DNA of 64,000 bases from Cenococcum geophilum (taxonomy: Eukaryota). Positions 39,110 through 53,200 of this stretch are shown one piece after another (the first letter of the stretch is position 1; every line of letters starts with the position of its first letter). The notes under the pieces were generated by a model. It did no database searches, was not told where the DNA came from, and saw only the letters and a program-made list of their open reading frames with translations. Where the stretch lies: positions 1,488,001-1,552,000 of the forward strand of contig CP158636.1 in assembly GCA_050273025.1 (NCBI GenBank), read 5' to 3'. The position numbers were made by a program, and so were the translations under genes.

Positions 39110-41000
39110 TAAGGTCATTAGTGTCCTCTCTTTCTTATCTTTATTGGTTTAGAGCGGCGTAGCGTTATACTTTAATAACTAGGCTTAGAGTATACTAACC
39201 CTAGTTAATAGTAAAACCTAGTAGGGGAAGGGTCCCTAAAAAATAGCAGCTTTTAGTGTATGTAGGCTAAGTGCTTCTAGTGAACGCATTATATTTCTAT
39301 ATTACTAGAAAGCTTTTATATCTCCCTTGTATATTAAATATAGCCTACGCTATATATAAGCGTTATAAGCTCCGCCGACTAAGAATAACCCTAGTATTAA
39401 GGCGGAAGCTATTAGTGATCTTTTTGGACTAGAGCCAATATGGAGCTTTAGGATGGACTAAGGCTTGCCCTAAAGTAGATACGCAGGCGCTTATTAGGCT
39501 TAGCGCTCCTCTTTATTAATTAGGCAGACGCAGATCCTCTCCCCCTACCTTTTATCCGCCTATCTCTCCGTCTCCCTCCTACTCTCTCTCCGTCTCCCTT
39601 GCTCTCTCTCTCTGTCTCCCTTACTCTCTCCCTCTATCTCCCTCGCTCTCTCTCCGTCTCTCTCGCTCTCTCTCTTTATCTCTTTCGCTCTCTCCGCTAT
39701 CTCTCTAAAGCCATTTAATCCTGTTTAGTTTAGCGAGCCTACTTATATTAGCGCTATTGTCTTCCCCGCGCCTCCCTCTATAGACTATTCCCGCCTTTAG
39801 TCTTTATTTATGCTAGTAGCTATAAATAGTATACTTAGCATTCTAGAAGAGCTCTTAGATCTTATATAGTTATTTATTACTACTAGCTTCTACTTATAGG
39901 ATATTTATAGGACCTATAAAGCATTTAAGCGTGTTTTCTATAAGACCTTTATAGATACCTTTATGTATAAAGGAAGCCTGCTAATTATTATAGATAAGCT
40001 AGACCTTAGATACGCGATGGAACTGTTAATAAGCGTATATAGGATATCTATTAGATTAACTTATATCTTTTTCCGTAACTAGGCAACTAAAAAAGATCTA
40101 TAAAGTTAGGTTTACTAGGTCCCTAAGGATCTGGCTTATATTAATTAAACTATGCTTCCCTAGATTATATCATTTTAGAAGAACTAGGCCAAAATCTAGG
40201 AAACTAATTTAGATGTGGAAATGCTAGCAACTACTATTAAAAACCTAGATTGCTAAGAAATTACTGTTAGGCTACCTAATTTCGGCGATAGCGTTTAGTA
40301 AGGAACCTACTTGCTATATAGATTTAATCGACTTTTACGGGAGAATGGCGCGCTATTGGTTTACTATATGATGGCCAGGAATACCCTTAATTATATTAGC
40401 TAGATCTTTAGGAGGATACTCGCGGTAATATAAGCGGCGGAACGCGATATAGAGGTCGTAGGTATTGCTATTTCCTTAGCGCATCCTCCGGAATGGAGAA
40501 TTGAGGATTTTAAAGATAGGGTGTAAAAGTACATTGCTTTTTATAGGGCACTCTTAAAAGGTATAGACGTTAGTTTTAAGGTCCAATTACACCTAAAACC
40601 TATAGTAGCGGCATTTAGTAACCCGAAGTCATTGTATAACGGATTATAATTACATTTTTTAACGAAGCTTTTCCGGACGGCTGAATACCTTAAACTTAAC
40701 ACCCCTCTATAGTATGCGTTACGAGATACCATTCTATTTAGAGAGTTTACGAACCTATGCTGTTTATATTTACGGTCTTTAAACCTTAGTAACAATCTAG
40801 CTGAGTTAGTTAAATTCCTTTTATAACTGCTAAAACAAATAGAATTAATGGAATTGGCTAAACTACGTTCCAGCTTAGAGAATTATTGGATTTACTTCTT
40901 AACTACCCTAACTAATTATAATCTGTCTTTCTAGTTATGCTTTTTTATATTAAGTTTTGACGAGCTATATAGAAAGGAACTATAGTGTCTTAATGGATAT
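39110..41000 (-). pseudogene. Hypothetical protein with R/E-rich coiled segment, RIP-degraded
   Basis: Long minus frame whose stops are mostly TAA/TAG (e.g. NVLLHPIFKILNSPFRRMR...DLYIAFRRL). The CT-rich tract at 39540-39705 encodes E/R repeats. Confidence 0.4.
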
Positions 41001-41204
41001 ATAGGCGTATATCCACTAGAGCCAAAGAGAGTTAAAAAGGGTTTCTATTAGCTGCGAGAGTTAGTTATAAGGTTATACGTTTAGTAACTATTCTAAGGTC
41101 TACGTAGCTGGGGGAAGCTATACTAAAGCTGATATTCTAGCTGTAGTAGATAGTTAACTACAAAATATTACCTATATATATTTAATTAATATATATTACT
41201 TAAC

Positions 41205-41921
41205 CATGCCTTCTAATTGTACTTCTGATAACATAGACTTTATTCCACTAACTTAGTATTTAATTCTACTAACTTAGAAAGCAAAACAACCATCCTAGCA
41301 GCTGTGGCCGTTGCCCTACTTTAAGCCCTTATATATCGCGAATTTCGACGACTATAGCACCCTAAATCTTCCTCCTATTGCGATACGTATAAGCAGTTCC
41401 GGAAGGACCTTTGGTAGGCCCTCTTTAAGCAGTTAACTCGCCGGCGAGTGTATATTTAGGAAAGGCCATTACGATACTCTATAAGTAATATTTTGTAGCA
41501 CCCTGTAGAGGGTTATAAGCTTATAAAGCTGTTTACGCGGCGTAAGTAGAAGTACTACTCTGCTTGTATCGAAGCTGGTAGGAAGACTTAAATATAATAT
41601 AGAGGACGTAGGAAGCCTTTCTTAGACCTCTTACTAAATATAACTTGTAAATCTCGCAATGGTGGGGATTAAAGGAGGCCTCGTAGAGCTCTAAGAACTC
41701 TATACGGCTATTCTATTTGCCGTATACCATTCTATAAGAAGGATAGCTATTAGCTTCCTTATACTAAGCGACTTAGCTCTAAAGATTGAGTGTAAATAGC
41801 AATTATATACTGAAATTGACGACTTTTTACCTCGTAGATTTGATTACGGAGCCTTAATACTATAGATCCTATTAATCGGCTCTTATTAATAACCGTAGGA
41901 CATATTTTACTAGGTAAAGGG
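41205..41921 (+). mobile_element. piggyBac-like transposase C-terminus and right end
   Basis: YKQFRKDLW*ALF, YSACIEAGR, RTLYGYSICRIPFYKK (decayed Cys-rich domain); ends ...AAAGGG|ATAA. Confidence 0.6.
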
Positions 41922-42589
41922 ATAATATCCGTCCCTAGGTCGCGTAAAACCTACTATGCCGCAAAATATAAGGGGTACTTTGATATTAAGCGACTATAAC
42001 TATGCGCATATGTAGATATTTACTATAATTCTATATTAGTTATGTGCTGTGGCTACTTTTAAACATTTAGAACTCCTTCTATCTAAAAATTACCTTATAT
42101 ATTGTCGCCTTCGCGCCTAATACGTAGAGAGTCTTATTCTTTAACGAAATAGAGTTCCTTCTCTATAGCACTACCGTAAGGCTCTAACAATTTTGTAATA
42201 CTTATAACGGTACTACCTAAGCCTAAGAACCTTATTACGATGCTAGGAAGTTATTATTAGCCTTATGTCTGCTATCGCGCAGGGTTGTAACCCTGGTCGG
42301 TACCTCTGATTAGGAGTGATTACCCGTTCTGGCTAGTGTGAAACAGCTATATAATTATCATATCTATCTCTCGTATGGTACGAATAGGTTATAGTCTATT
42401 TTAAATATATTGATTATAGGGGGTATAGGCCTATAGGGTGGGATCTAGGTAATATCCTAGCGTTTATAAGGCTTTTTAGGCCTAAACTTTGGAGATCTGG
42501 CCTGAATCCTACCTAGTGCCCACTAGCGAAGCGCCTGCTACCTATAAAGAATTGAGTTAAAACGGGAGCGATTTCCGTAGTATAAACTG

Positions 42590-43039
42590 TGTAATGAAAT
42601 CAAGACATTGTATAAGGAAAGAAGGTAAGGGAATAAGGAGAATGGGTATATATTGTTGACTTGGTCGCTTGGTTAATATATTACTATAGTCCTGGTAGAA
42701 TTTGGCAGACTTGGCTGAATTTAGTAGAATTCGGCAGATTTAGCAGAATTTTGCAGAATTTGGCAGACTTGGCAGAATTCGGTAGACTTGGCAGAATTTG
42801 GCAGAATTTGGCAGAATTTGGCAGAATTTGGCAGAATTTGGCAGAATTTGGCAGACTTGGCAGAATTTGGCAGAGTTTGGTAGAATTCGGCAGACTTGAT
42901 AGAACTTAGTAGAGGTTACGGATATTGCTAATATTGCGGGTGTTGCGAATATAGGACAATCTTGCGGTGGTAGGCAGAGTATAGTAGAATGCGGCAGATT
43001 GCGGCAGAATGCGGTAGGTAGCGTGTGTAAGGTGTTATA
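42590..43039 (-). repeat. LTR remnant containing a 10-bp ttggcagaat array (42692-42900)
   Basis: TGTAA...TTA(T/C)A ends; array directly visible; no TSD found. Confidence 0.55.
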
Positions 43040-46000
43040 GGGTAGTCCCGTAATAGAAAGTATAGAGTCCCTATTTTAGGCTTCCCTAGCTAGTATAGGC
43101 ATACTCCGCTGGAAATTCGAGTTTAATTGAAGTCGTTCGGTTTTTAAGGTGTTGTAGTAAAGTTTTACCGTATCTAATGTCTATCGACCTAACTGCGCCG
43201 TTTGTGACTCTATAAAGCCATAATTATATATATGCTACGCTACACCCCTATGGAAGGAGTGGTTAGAGTAGCCGTTAAGTAGGATATCGCCGGCGGCTAA
43301 GCGGGTTGATAGAATCTTGCGCACTACTAGCGCCGAAAATGCTTTATTATTAACGCTAAATAATGAATTTAATAGAGGCTGGGGGTTACGGTTAAATAAC
43401 CGTATTATCGCGGCTATGGGGTATAGACGATCTTCTGGTACAGCGGCGATCTGGATATTGACGCCACTATGGGTTTTATCTGTCTTGCTCTGTTTTAGGT
43501 AAAAGACTATTAAATAGCCATTAGGGGCGATCCTAATATTATTACGGAGGGCCCTTATAGTGCTAAAGTCCTTAGCTTTTCTATTTGGGTACGTAATCTC
43601 TTCTATATATAGGAAACCCGTAAACGCCATTGTAAATGCCGTGTCTATGTTTATATCCGCCTTATAGGGTCTAGAGGTAATAATCTTGTCTAAGATGTCC
43701 TTTATAATTGGTAATTTGGTCTTTTTAATAGATGGGAATAGTAATATAGCCCCTACTAGGGCCCTTTTAATAGTATAGTCTTTAAAGGCGGCGATTAAGT
43801 GACCTAGGTCTATATAACGAGATCGGATTATAGAGATATAGTTGGAGAGGGTTTCTGGCTTAATCCTGTTTATTAGAGGGGCGGCTATACTAAACGCTTG
43901 TTAGGTAATCTATTTCCCTAAGTTTATCCTCTTAGCTAGATACGGTAATAAACCGTTTAGGGCTGAGAAGGCCTCCCAGCTCTTAATAGCGAAGGAGTAG
44001 CCTTTCTTTATATTGGCTGCCAAGCTATGCTATATAAGTAGTAAAAAGTAATAAGACCTACCGATCTCACTCTAGAAGGTTAGGAGGGTTAATTAAACAA
44101 CTTTAGGTTAACTGTAAGAGTTAGCAGCCACCTAGAGGAGAGATATTATTTTTCTAGCAAGAAGCCTTTATTTATCCGGCAAGAAGCCGTCCTTTATTCG
44201 GTAAGAAGCCGTCATTTATTTAGTAAGAAGCCGTCATTTATTTACTACTTAGGGCACAGTAATAATAATTTCTCGCGGTCAAATCGCGAGAGAGTATTAG
44301 TAAGCCTATTGTTGGCGCTGGAGACCTATATAGTTATTATAGTAATATTATTTGTTATTGAGGATATAAGTATCTTTTAAAGTGATCGGTTTCTAGAACC
44401 TTTTATAACATTATTCTAGATACCGCTGTAAGTAACTATATTGTTTGTATAAATATAAAGAGACCTATGCCGCCAGACCGATAACTACTTTTTAAATGCC
44501 TTCGCAATAGCATATATCTTTTTTGGGTTAATATAGTTATCCGTCTAATCTAGTGGGGGATAATAGCTAAAGGCCTAGGCCTGGGGTAGGGAAGCCGCGT
44601 AATTAGGCTAGTGGCCGTTCTCTTCGCTAAAGTAGAAGCCTTTATAGCCTTTAAGTAATAAGGCGTCGGTAAATAAGTAAAACTGCGGCCTTTCCTTGTT
44701 ATTAAAGAATAGTATACCGTTACTTGATATAAGAACCTCGAGCTAGAGGTTAAGGTCTTCTTTTAGCTCTAGGGGGAGGTAATAGGGCATATTTCTTAAT
44801 AACCTAGTAGGCCATTTTGTTATAAAGTTCTATAAGGAGTGAGAGTATAAGCGCCTAAGGCGGATAACTCTTGTATACCATGCTAGGCGGCCCGCTAGTT
44901 ATTAGGCTTGCTATAATAATAGCTAGCCCTTCTAGAGGGCTTTAGTTACCTAATTAATAGCTTTCTATTACTTAGCTGGTGAGAGTTTTATCTCCATTGC
45001 TATAGTGTTAATAGTATAACCTAATACTTCAGCCTTTATATCTTTAATATTCTTAGTATTATTTTAGGGTACCCCTAGCTAGTTAGTAACTAAGAGGTAT
45101 ACCTCCCTTAGTAACGGCAGTATAGTTAGACACTTGACTACGAATATAAAATTATTAAGGTAGTGCTTAATAGTGGAGTCAATCTATTATGCTAGGATCT
45201 AGTAGAGACCTTTGGCGAATAAGTTAAAAAGGAATGGGGCTGTTTATAAGCTAAATGGTAGACAGTATTTAACGTATGTAACTCCCTTCCAGATAAAGCC
45301 GAGTAGGTGACGTGACCGTATTGAAATGGGCACCATCCGGAAGGCATCTTTGATATCTTGTTTAACTAGGTAGCAGCTTCTACTAGCTATAATTATGTAT
45401 GCTAGTATAGTCTCTATTTAGGTATAGTGTAGTGCTGCCTAGGCTAGGTTAATAGAGTTATTAACTAAGAAGCCCTTGGGTAAAGAGAGGTCGTAAATAT
45501 AGCGGAAGCCGCTATCTGCCTTAGGCACTAGGCCTAAGGGTAAGGTAACTATAGAGTTAGTGGCCTATATACGGCCTAGGGCTAGGTCGGTAACGATCTT
45601 TTTAGAGATAAGGTCTTTATTATTGTATAAGGAGAGGTGGTTTTTGTAGATATTAGGTAGTATAGGTAATAAGGGACCTATCTCCGCCTTATAGGTAAGG
45701 ATGCCTTATAAAATTGCTAGGAGATTTTTAGGGTACCTATAAAGGAGCGTGCTCTAAGCGAGAGGTTTTAAAGGTAATAGTGAGTTAGCTAGGAAAGTCG
45801 TTTGTAAGTAAGTTTTGAAAAGAGGTACTAAATTAGGCCTGCCTTAGAGCCTTAGCGTCTGTGGTAGGTTTATCTAGATAGTTAAACCTAGGAAGATGTC
45901 TTTATTTACTATTGAATCCTGGGTCTGACTACTTACGGCGGTGAGCTACTTAGGGCACGACTTTAATGGGTGGTTTTTGTCGTATTTAGAGTATGTGTGG

Positions 46001-47040
46001 CGGTAACGATATAGATCTTCTCTATAAGCCTACTGGTTATTCTAGCTATAATAGGGCTTGCTAGAGGGGAGGGGAGGGAAGGTATTCTTTCGCGATCTTT
46101 TTAATGCTATACTATGGACTTTAAGTCCCTGGCTCCATGCCTTTATATTGGCTGCCCGGCAGTATAGGGCCTTAAACTAGGTAGGTATGTTTTAGTTACT
46201 AGGCTTAAGCTGATTGCGATCTATGATATACCTATAGTAGTTAAGCGCGAGGTCTAGAATGGAGGTCCAGTTATAGGTCGCGGAGTAGTCGCGGATTTTA
46301 TTTATTTAGAGCAACATTCTTATATAGAGGTTGGTTGGGCATATATAGAGAGTGCTTATAATTACTACGTAGTTTGTAAATCTAGTAAACTAGACCTCCT
46401 TGTTCTTGTAGACCTTGCAGCTAATAGTAGGTCTCTTTAAAATAAGCTTTCCGTTTTTAATAGTAGCTATATTAGAAAGGTCTAGGCGGCTAGAGTATAC
46501 CTATAGATGGGCTAGGTTCTCTAGGCGGAAGGATCCTTTTTATATATTATAGAGGTCTCTTCTAGCTAGGCTAGGGAGGTCGAGCTTAAGCGTGCCTAAG
46601 CCTTTTGGTAGGTTATAGGACTTACCTAGTTTATCTGCCTTAGTAGTAGAGGTGTGCTCTAGTGGAGTAGGCTGCTTTAGAGCGGCTAGCCTTATCTAGT
46701 GAAGCTCCTCTTTCTATTCCGTCTTTTGGATCCGTGCCTGTTCCTCCTACTCTCTCTTTTAAATCTCTAGGTTATGGAGTTATTAAAACCTCTCGTCTTA
46801 TTTCCTAGCTCTTTCTTCTTCTGAAGATAAAACTATAGTATGTTTGGTAGATGGGATGGTAGTAGATAAGGAGGTAGATAATAGGGTGGTTAAGTGAGGA
46901 GTTTTTAAACGGGTGCTATTGGCTAGAAAGTCGGTCATGGGCCTTAATAATTATTGCTATTAGGAACACTAATCGCAAGCAATCTATAATGAAAAGAATG
47001 ACCTATTAAGTGCAGTTATAAGTGATAATGTTATTGACCG
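43040..47040 (-). mobile_element. Tyrosine-recombinase retrotransposon (Ngaro/DIRS-like): gag, RT, RNase H, YR; RIP-degraded
   Basis: gag from ATG ~46938; RT DLSYP, KQDIKDAFRMVP, LPFSL*TAPFLFN, HYLNNF (=YLDDF); RNase H FTDA; YR AFTGFL...SKTD...YSNHSFHRG...LGR*. Termini not resolved. Confidence 0.88.
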
Positions 47041-47250
47041 TGTTGAATATCTGGTTGAATACCTGAGTTATAGGGTTTTCGGCTAAGCAATGTATAGACA
47101 CATAATATTGTAATCTATTTATAGCGGCCGCTAAGCTAGCTTGTGGCTCTTATATTTATAGCTATATAATGTCTTAGTAAGCGGGGCTTGCCCTAACCCG
47201 TAGCTATACCTTTAGTGAACTAACTTACCTCTTTTAGAATTCGCCACTAT

Positions 47251-50200
47251 ATGTATATATATATGTATATATATTCTATTATGGCTATACACTATCTAGG
47301 GTATATATTACAGCACTGGTAGAACTTAGCAGAACTACGCACCGGTAAGTTGCTATAGATTGCCGCATATTGCGGTTATGTGACGCGAAGATCGTATATA
47401 GCTTTAAGCGGCGCTCCCCTTCTTCTCCTTTCCTTTCTTTAGCTTTAGATTCTCGTTTATAGATAATTTAATTGTATAGGCTTGCACGTCCCTTATACCG
47501 TGCTTATGCCTTGATTGACTAAGTCGCTAACATTATCTAAAGCTTACTCTACTCTTTCTTCCTGAGAAGGAACTTAAATATATCTACGAGAATATAGAAT
47601 AGGACCCTAAGGACATTACTAGGACTATAAGGACAGGACCTAAAAGAAAAGAATAGAACCCTAAGGAAAGAACCTATAAAATACGCATAGACTAGAACCC
47701 CTAAAGAAATTACCCGGAATTACCTAACACCCCTACTACTATGCTACGAACTATAGCTGTAGGTAAAGCAGCTATAGGACCCTCAAATACTTTAGACGAA
47801 GAAATAATTAACGTTTTAACCCCTTAGGCGGAGCTTGCGGCTGCTAATGCCGAAATTAAACGATTGCGAGAGCTGCTCGAAGCCAGAGATACCCCTATAT
47901 CTAATAATGAGTTATTATTAGACAATTAAAGACTTACTACAGTCCTTTAGGCCCTATTTTAGCGCCTTAGTGGATCTATTAAGGCCTATATAGTACTGAA
48001 GCGGTTAGCAAAGGTCGCGGACCCCCTACTACTTACAGACGGAACCGACCCTATATTTAATAATTGGAAGCTCTAATTACGGAACAAGCTTGAAGTTAAT
48101 GTAGACCACTTCCCTAACGCCTAAGCTAGAATGGCTTACGTCTTCGGCCGTACTGGCGGAGACGCCTAGACGTATTTACGCCCGCGATATACTAAAGACT
48201 TAGTAGACCCCTTTATCTCTAAAGAAGAAATGATTAAATACTTGTTTTCTATTTATAAGGACCCTTTTAAAGTATAGAACGCCTGCCTTGGCTATAAAAG
48301 CCTAAATATGAAAACAACGGAGACCTTTTTGGCCTTTTAAACCCGCTTTTTATACCTGGCCGGATAGGCCTAGATCCCCTAGGAAGACCTACTGCTAGAC
48401 CTCTTCGATAAGCTTACCCTAGACCTATAGCGGGCCGTATTGCTAGCTTATACTACGGTATAGACGTTAAAGGAACTTATGGACTATTGCCTAGCTATTG
48501 ACCAAGGCCTTTATCAAATTAAGGCACGCGCCGATTGGCTAAAAACTAGAAACCTTGCAAACTAGGCTATAAGTACTATAAGTACGGCCCGTAGTGCCCT
48601 GGTATGATTGGTAACTCCTATAGCTAACCCGGTAGCTGGCCGTGTAGCTACCCCTACTACGGGCCTGGTATACACCCGGCCTATATATAGCGACCCCTAT
48701 ATATAGGCCCTTAGCGATTAAGGAGCTTGCTTCTTATATGGTTAAATAGGCTACCCTATAAGGAACTATTTGATAAAGGTAAGGATAAACGAGGTCCTGT
48801 TAATTTAGGAGGATAGTATGGAGCCAGAAAAAGAGGAACCCTAGAGGAAGACTCCTCTCTAAGGTTAAAAGGGATCGATATATCACATATTAATTTAGGT
48901 CGGCTAGTTGGTAGAAGAAGCTGCACTATCCCTTATACTTTATTTTGTAATAGATATTAAGTTTTAACCTCTGCTTTAGCTAACTTAGAAGTAAATGCCT
49001 TTACCTTAATTGATATAAAGTGCGCTGCAAAACTGGCTAACTTTTTAAATGCACCCCTTAAAGAACTACCTAAACTAATCCCTATTCGCGGTTATAACGG
49101 ACGGATAGGGCTACCTATTATAACTATTTTATGGATCTACCTCCGCGTTAACGGACGAAGGTAGTATAACGTCCCCTTTCTTATTACGGACTTAGGAAGC
49201 CACGATATAATCTTAGGAAGAAAATGGCTAGCCTATTTAGGCTTGCAGCTCGAAGTATAAAGTAGACGGCTTATCTGGCCTGAAACTCTACCCCCAACCC
49301 CTTCCTTTATAAAAGAAATTAGTATTATAATGGAAAACCTTATACGGCCCTAGATTAATACCATTTACTAGGCTAATGCTATGCGCAGAGACCAGGCCTT
49401 TAAGAAGGACGTATAGCTTAACCCGTAACGGATCCGTATACTACGCCGCCCCTAGACTACCTATATTACGCCACCCGCACTAGAGACCTAGGAAGTCGGT
49501 AGTAACCTAGCTAAGTTCCCTATGGAGAACCCTACGAAGCTATAAAGGAAAGCTAGGGATATCGGACGCTATACTAAACTAATAGATAGGAAGGATAACT
49601 TACGGAAAATGGAACGTAAGCTAAGGAAGACTATAAACCCTATACCGCAAACTACGGCCTGACGGACGCTAAAGAAACCTATAGACCTCCCACTAGTTGA
49701 TATCTACTACATTAGCGCTGTAGGATTCTACCGGAACCTGGTTTAGCCTAATACCGTTGCCTTTACAACTAGCCTATACGAAATTAACTGAATAATTAAG
49801 GAAAAGGAAAGTGAGCTTAGTGGATAGGAAAGCGGGCTTATGGATGAAGAACTAGTAGAGTAAAAACTGCCTGATTAACACCGGAAATTTAAGGACGTAT
49901 TCTCTAAGGTAGCGTCTAATATACTTTCACCCTACTGACCGTATAATTACAAGATTGAGATTAAGTAAGATAAGGGAAGCACCCTTAGCTTTAGCCCTCT
50001 CTACCTATAGTCTATTGCCGAATTATAGGCTATAAAGTAGTACCTTATTGACAACCTAAATAAGGGCTTCATCGAGCCTAGCTAAGCCCCTTTTAACTTA
50101 CCTATTTTCTTTATTAAAAAGCTAAATAGAGGACTGCGCTTTTGTATTGACTACTGTAAGCTAAATAATATAACCCGCAAGGACCGCTACCCGCTGTCTT

Positions 50201-53200
50201 TACTCGATGAGACTTTTACCTAAATGAGTAGAGCTAAGGTTTTTATAAAGCTCGATATCCGCTAGGCCTTTTACCGAATTAGGATAGACCCTAGGTTTAA
50301 GGATCTTACTATATTCCGGACCCGTTACGGGACGTATAAATATAAGGTACTTCCTTTGGACTAACTAACGGACTAGCTACGTACTAGCGGTATATAAATG
50401 ATATACTCTTTAACTACCTTGACGACTTCTATACGGCCTATTTAGATAATATTATAATCTATTTGGAGAACGAACTGGAATATAAGGAGTACGTCTATAA
50501 AGTCCTATAACGGCTCCGCGAAGCTGGCCTCTAGGCCGATATTAAGAAGTTGGAATTTAGTGTTAAGCGTATAAAGTATCTAGGTTTTATTATTAGTATA
50601 GACGGAATCGAGGCCGACCCAGAAAAAATGACTGTAATTGACTAGTGGACGCCCCCTTAGACCGTAAAGGGGGTGTAATCGTTTTTAGGTTTCTGTAACT
50701 TCTACTAACGCTTTATTAAGAACTATAGTAGGATCGCTTGGCCTCTTAACCGCCTTACTAGGAAAGACCAGCCCTTTTACTTTAACGCTATATATATGCA
50801 GGCCTTTAATGAGCTTAAAAAACGGCTAGTGTTGGCCCCCTTACTTGCCTACTTTGACCCGGAACGGCCCTTAATGCTAGAAACTAATGCCTTAAACGGC
50901 GCGATAGCCGGTATTTTTTCCTAAAAGTAACCGGACGGAGAATGGCACCCTGTTGTATACTATTTAAAGACTATAATAGATGCTGAACTGAACTACCACA
51001 TCTATGATAAAGAAATGCTGGCTATTATCTCTAGCTTTTAGCACTGGCGTGTATAGCTAGAGGGGACCCCTAAACCTATTAAAGTAGTGTTAGATTATAA
51101 GGCCCTAGAATACTTTATGATAACTAAGGCCCTTACGGCCTGGTAGGTACGCTAGGCGGACGTCCTATTTTAGTTTAACTTCTTAATTATATATAGACCA
51201 GGCGCTGTAAACCGTGCGGATGTTTTTACTAGGCGCGAATAAGACCTAGGTAACTATATGGCTGTGAAGATTTTATTACGGACCTAGACGCTACTACGAC
51301 TAGAGTACCTTGATCCCCGGATATAGGCAGAACTAAGTATAGACCCCTCGGGCGCTGAGATGTATCCTATTGACCCTTTAGGACTTAACTTAATTGACGA
51401 ATTGCTGTAGATAAATTGTACGGCCCCTTCTCTACAGGAGTACCATAAAAAGGTAAAGAACGTTACCAGCCTATAGTCCCTCGAAAATGGATTACTTAAG
51501 TATTAGGAACGGCTGGTAGTGGTAAAGGAATAGAACTTATGGACTCGGCTTATTGCTAAAGTATATACCTAGGTCTCTACGGCCTACCCTGGAAAGAATA
51601 AGACCTGTAGGATTATTGGCGACCGCTACTACTGGCCCGGAATAGTTATGGATATTAACCGCTATATACGGAACTACAACGACTGCCGTAGGTCTACAAT
51701 CCCACAAAATAAGACCCTAGGACTATTGAAACCCCTCCTAATACCCGACCGCCCCTAGTAATATGTCTCTATAGACTTTTATAAGCTACCTCCAGACCGT
51801 GACGGATATGATATGGTTATAATCCTAGTTAACCGCTTTGGCAAGCGCCTGTTCTCAATTCCCTATTATAAAAATATCAATACTAAAGAGGCAGCCCGAC
51901 TGTATATTTACTACGTCTACCGAATTTACGGACCACTAGACACTATTATATCTGATTGTGGGCCGCAGTTTATATCAGCCTTTTGGAATAAGTTTACCTA
52001 GATTCTAGGCATTAAGCTAAAGCTTTCTATAGTATATTACCCCTAGATAGACGGTTAAACGGAGATTGTAAATTAATACTTGGACCAGAGACTCCGGCCT
52101 TTTATTAACTACTTCTAGGATAACTGGGCCGAACTATTACCCTTAATAGACTACGCCTAAGCGACCCTACCCCACAACTCTACCGGATTTGCCCCTATTT
52201 AACTAGAAATGGGTTACCTACCCTGTATAAGCTTTAACTAGGAAAGACCAGAAGGGCCCTAGACTGTACGCGAAAAACTATCTTATAAGGAAGCCTAGCA
52301 GTACGCTAAGCGCTTAGAAGAAGCCTGGAAAGTAGCCTGTATAAACCTAGAAAAGGCCCAAAAATTAATAGAATAGCAGGTAAATAAGCATAGGCGCGAG
52401 CCTGACTTTACTGTAAGCGATATAGTCTAGGTTATGACAAAGAACTAGAAGACAGAACGGCCTAGCCGTAAGCTAGACTATAAGATGGTAGGACCGTATA
52501 AGATTCTTAATAAAGTAGGTAATTTGTATAAGGTTAAGCTCCTAGACTTAATTAAAGTCTACCCTATCTTCTTACTGGATAAGCTATGGAAAGCTATAAA
52601 TAACCTACTACCCGGATAAAAGAATGAACCTCCCCTACTAATTTAAGTTAACGACGATAATAAATAGGAAATTGAAGAAATACTGGCCTATAAACTTATA
52701 AAGGGAACGTTAAAGTATTATATTAGTTGGAAAGGATATAACCCGGACCCCACTTAGTACCCTATATAGAACTTTATAGGTAGCCCCTATAAGCTTTAGG
52801 AGTTCTATAGCTGTTACCCTAATAAACCCAAACCGCTAAAGTACCTAGATAAGTGGATAGAATGCTAGTATAATAAAGACGATAAGCTACCAGAAGAACA
52901 TAAGGATAAAAACGCCCTAGAAATTTCTTAGTCATATAAGGTGTTAAGATATCCAAGAACTTTAACCAGCGGTTAAAGTTATCTAATTAGTTAGATTCTC
53001 TTGCTAAGACTTTTAGCGGCAAAGCCTAAGGGCAGGCTTTTTTGGAGGGGGGGGTAATATTATAGCACTGGCAGAACTTGGTAGAACTACGCACCGGCAA
53101 GTTGCCACAGATTGCCGTATATTGCGGTCACGTGACGCGAAGATCGTATATAGCTTCGAGCGGCGCTCCCCTTCTTCTCCTTTCCTTTCTTTAGCTTTAG

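Noticed and set aside
41930..42300. Possible minus-strand copia RT start (AIEKEL...)
   Set aside because: Only one weak motif and no supporting downstream RT motifs.
42661..42909. ORF with LAEFGRIWQN repeats
   Set aside because: Translation of a 10-bp tandem array inside an LTR remnant.
43235..43630. Tyrosine recombinase as Starship captain or phage integrase
   Set aside because: It is short and directly downstream of gag-RT-RNaseH on the same strand, which fits a YR retrotransposon.
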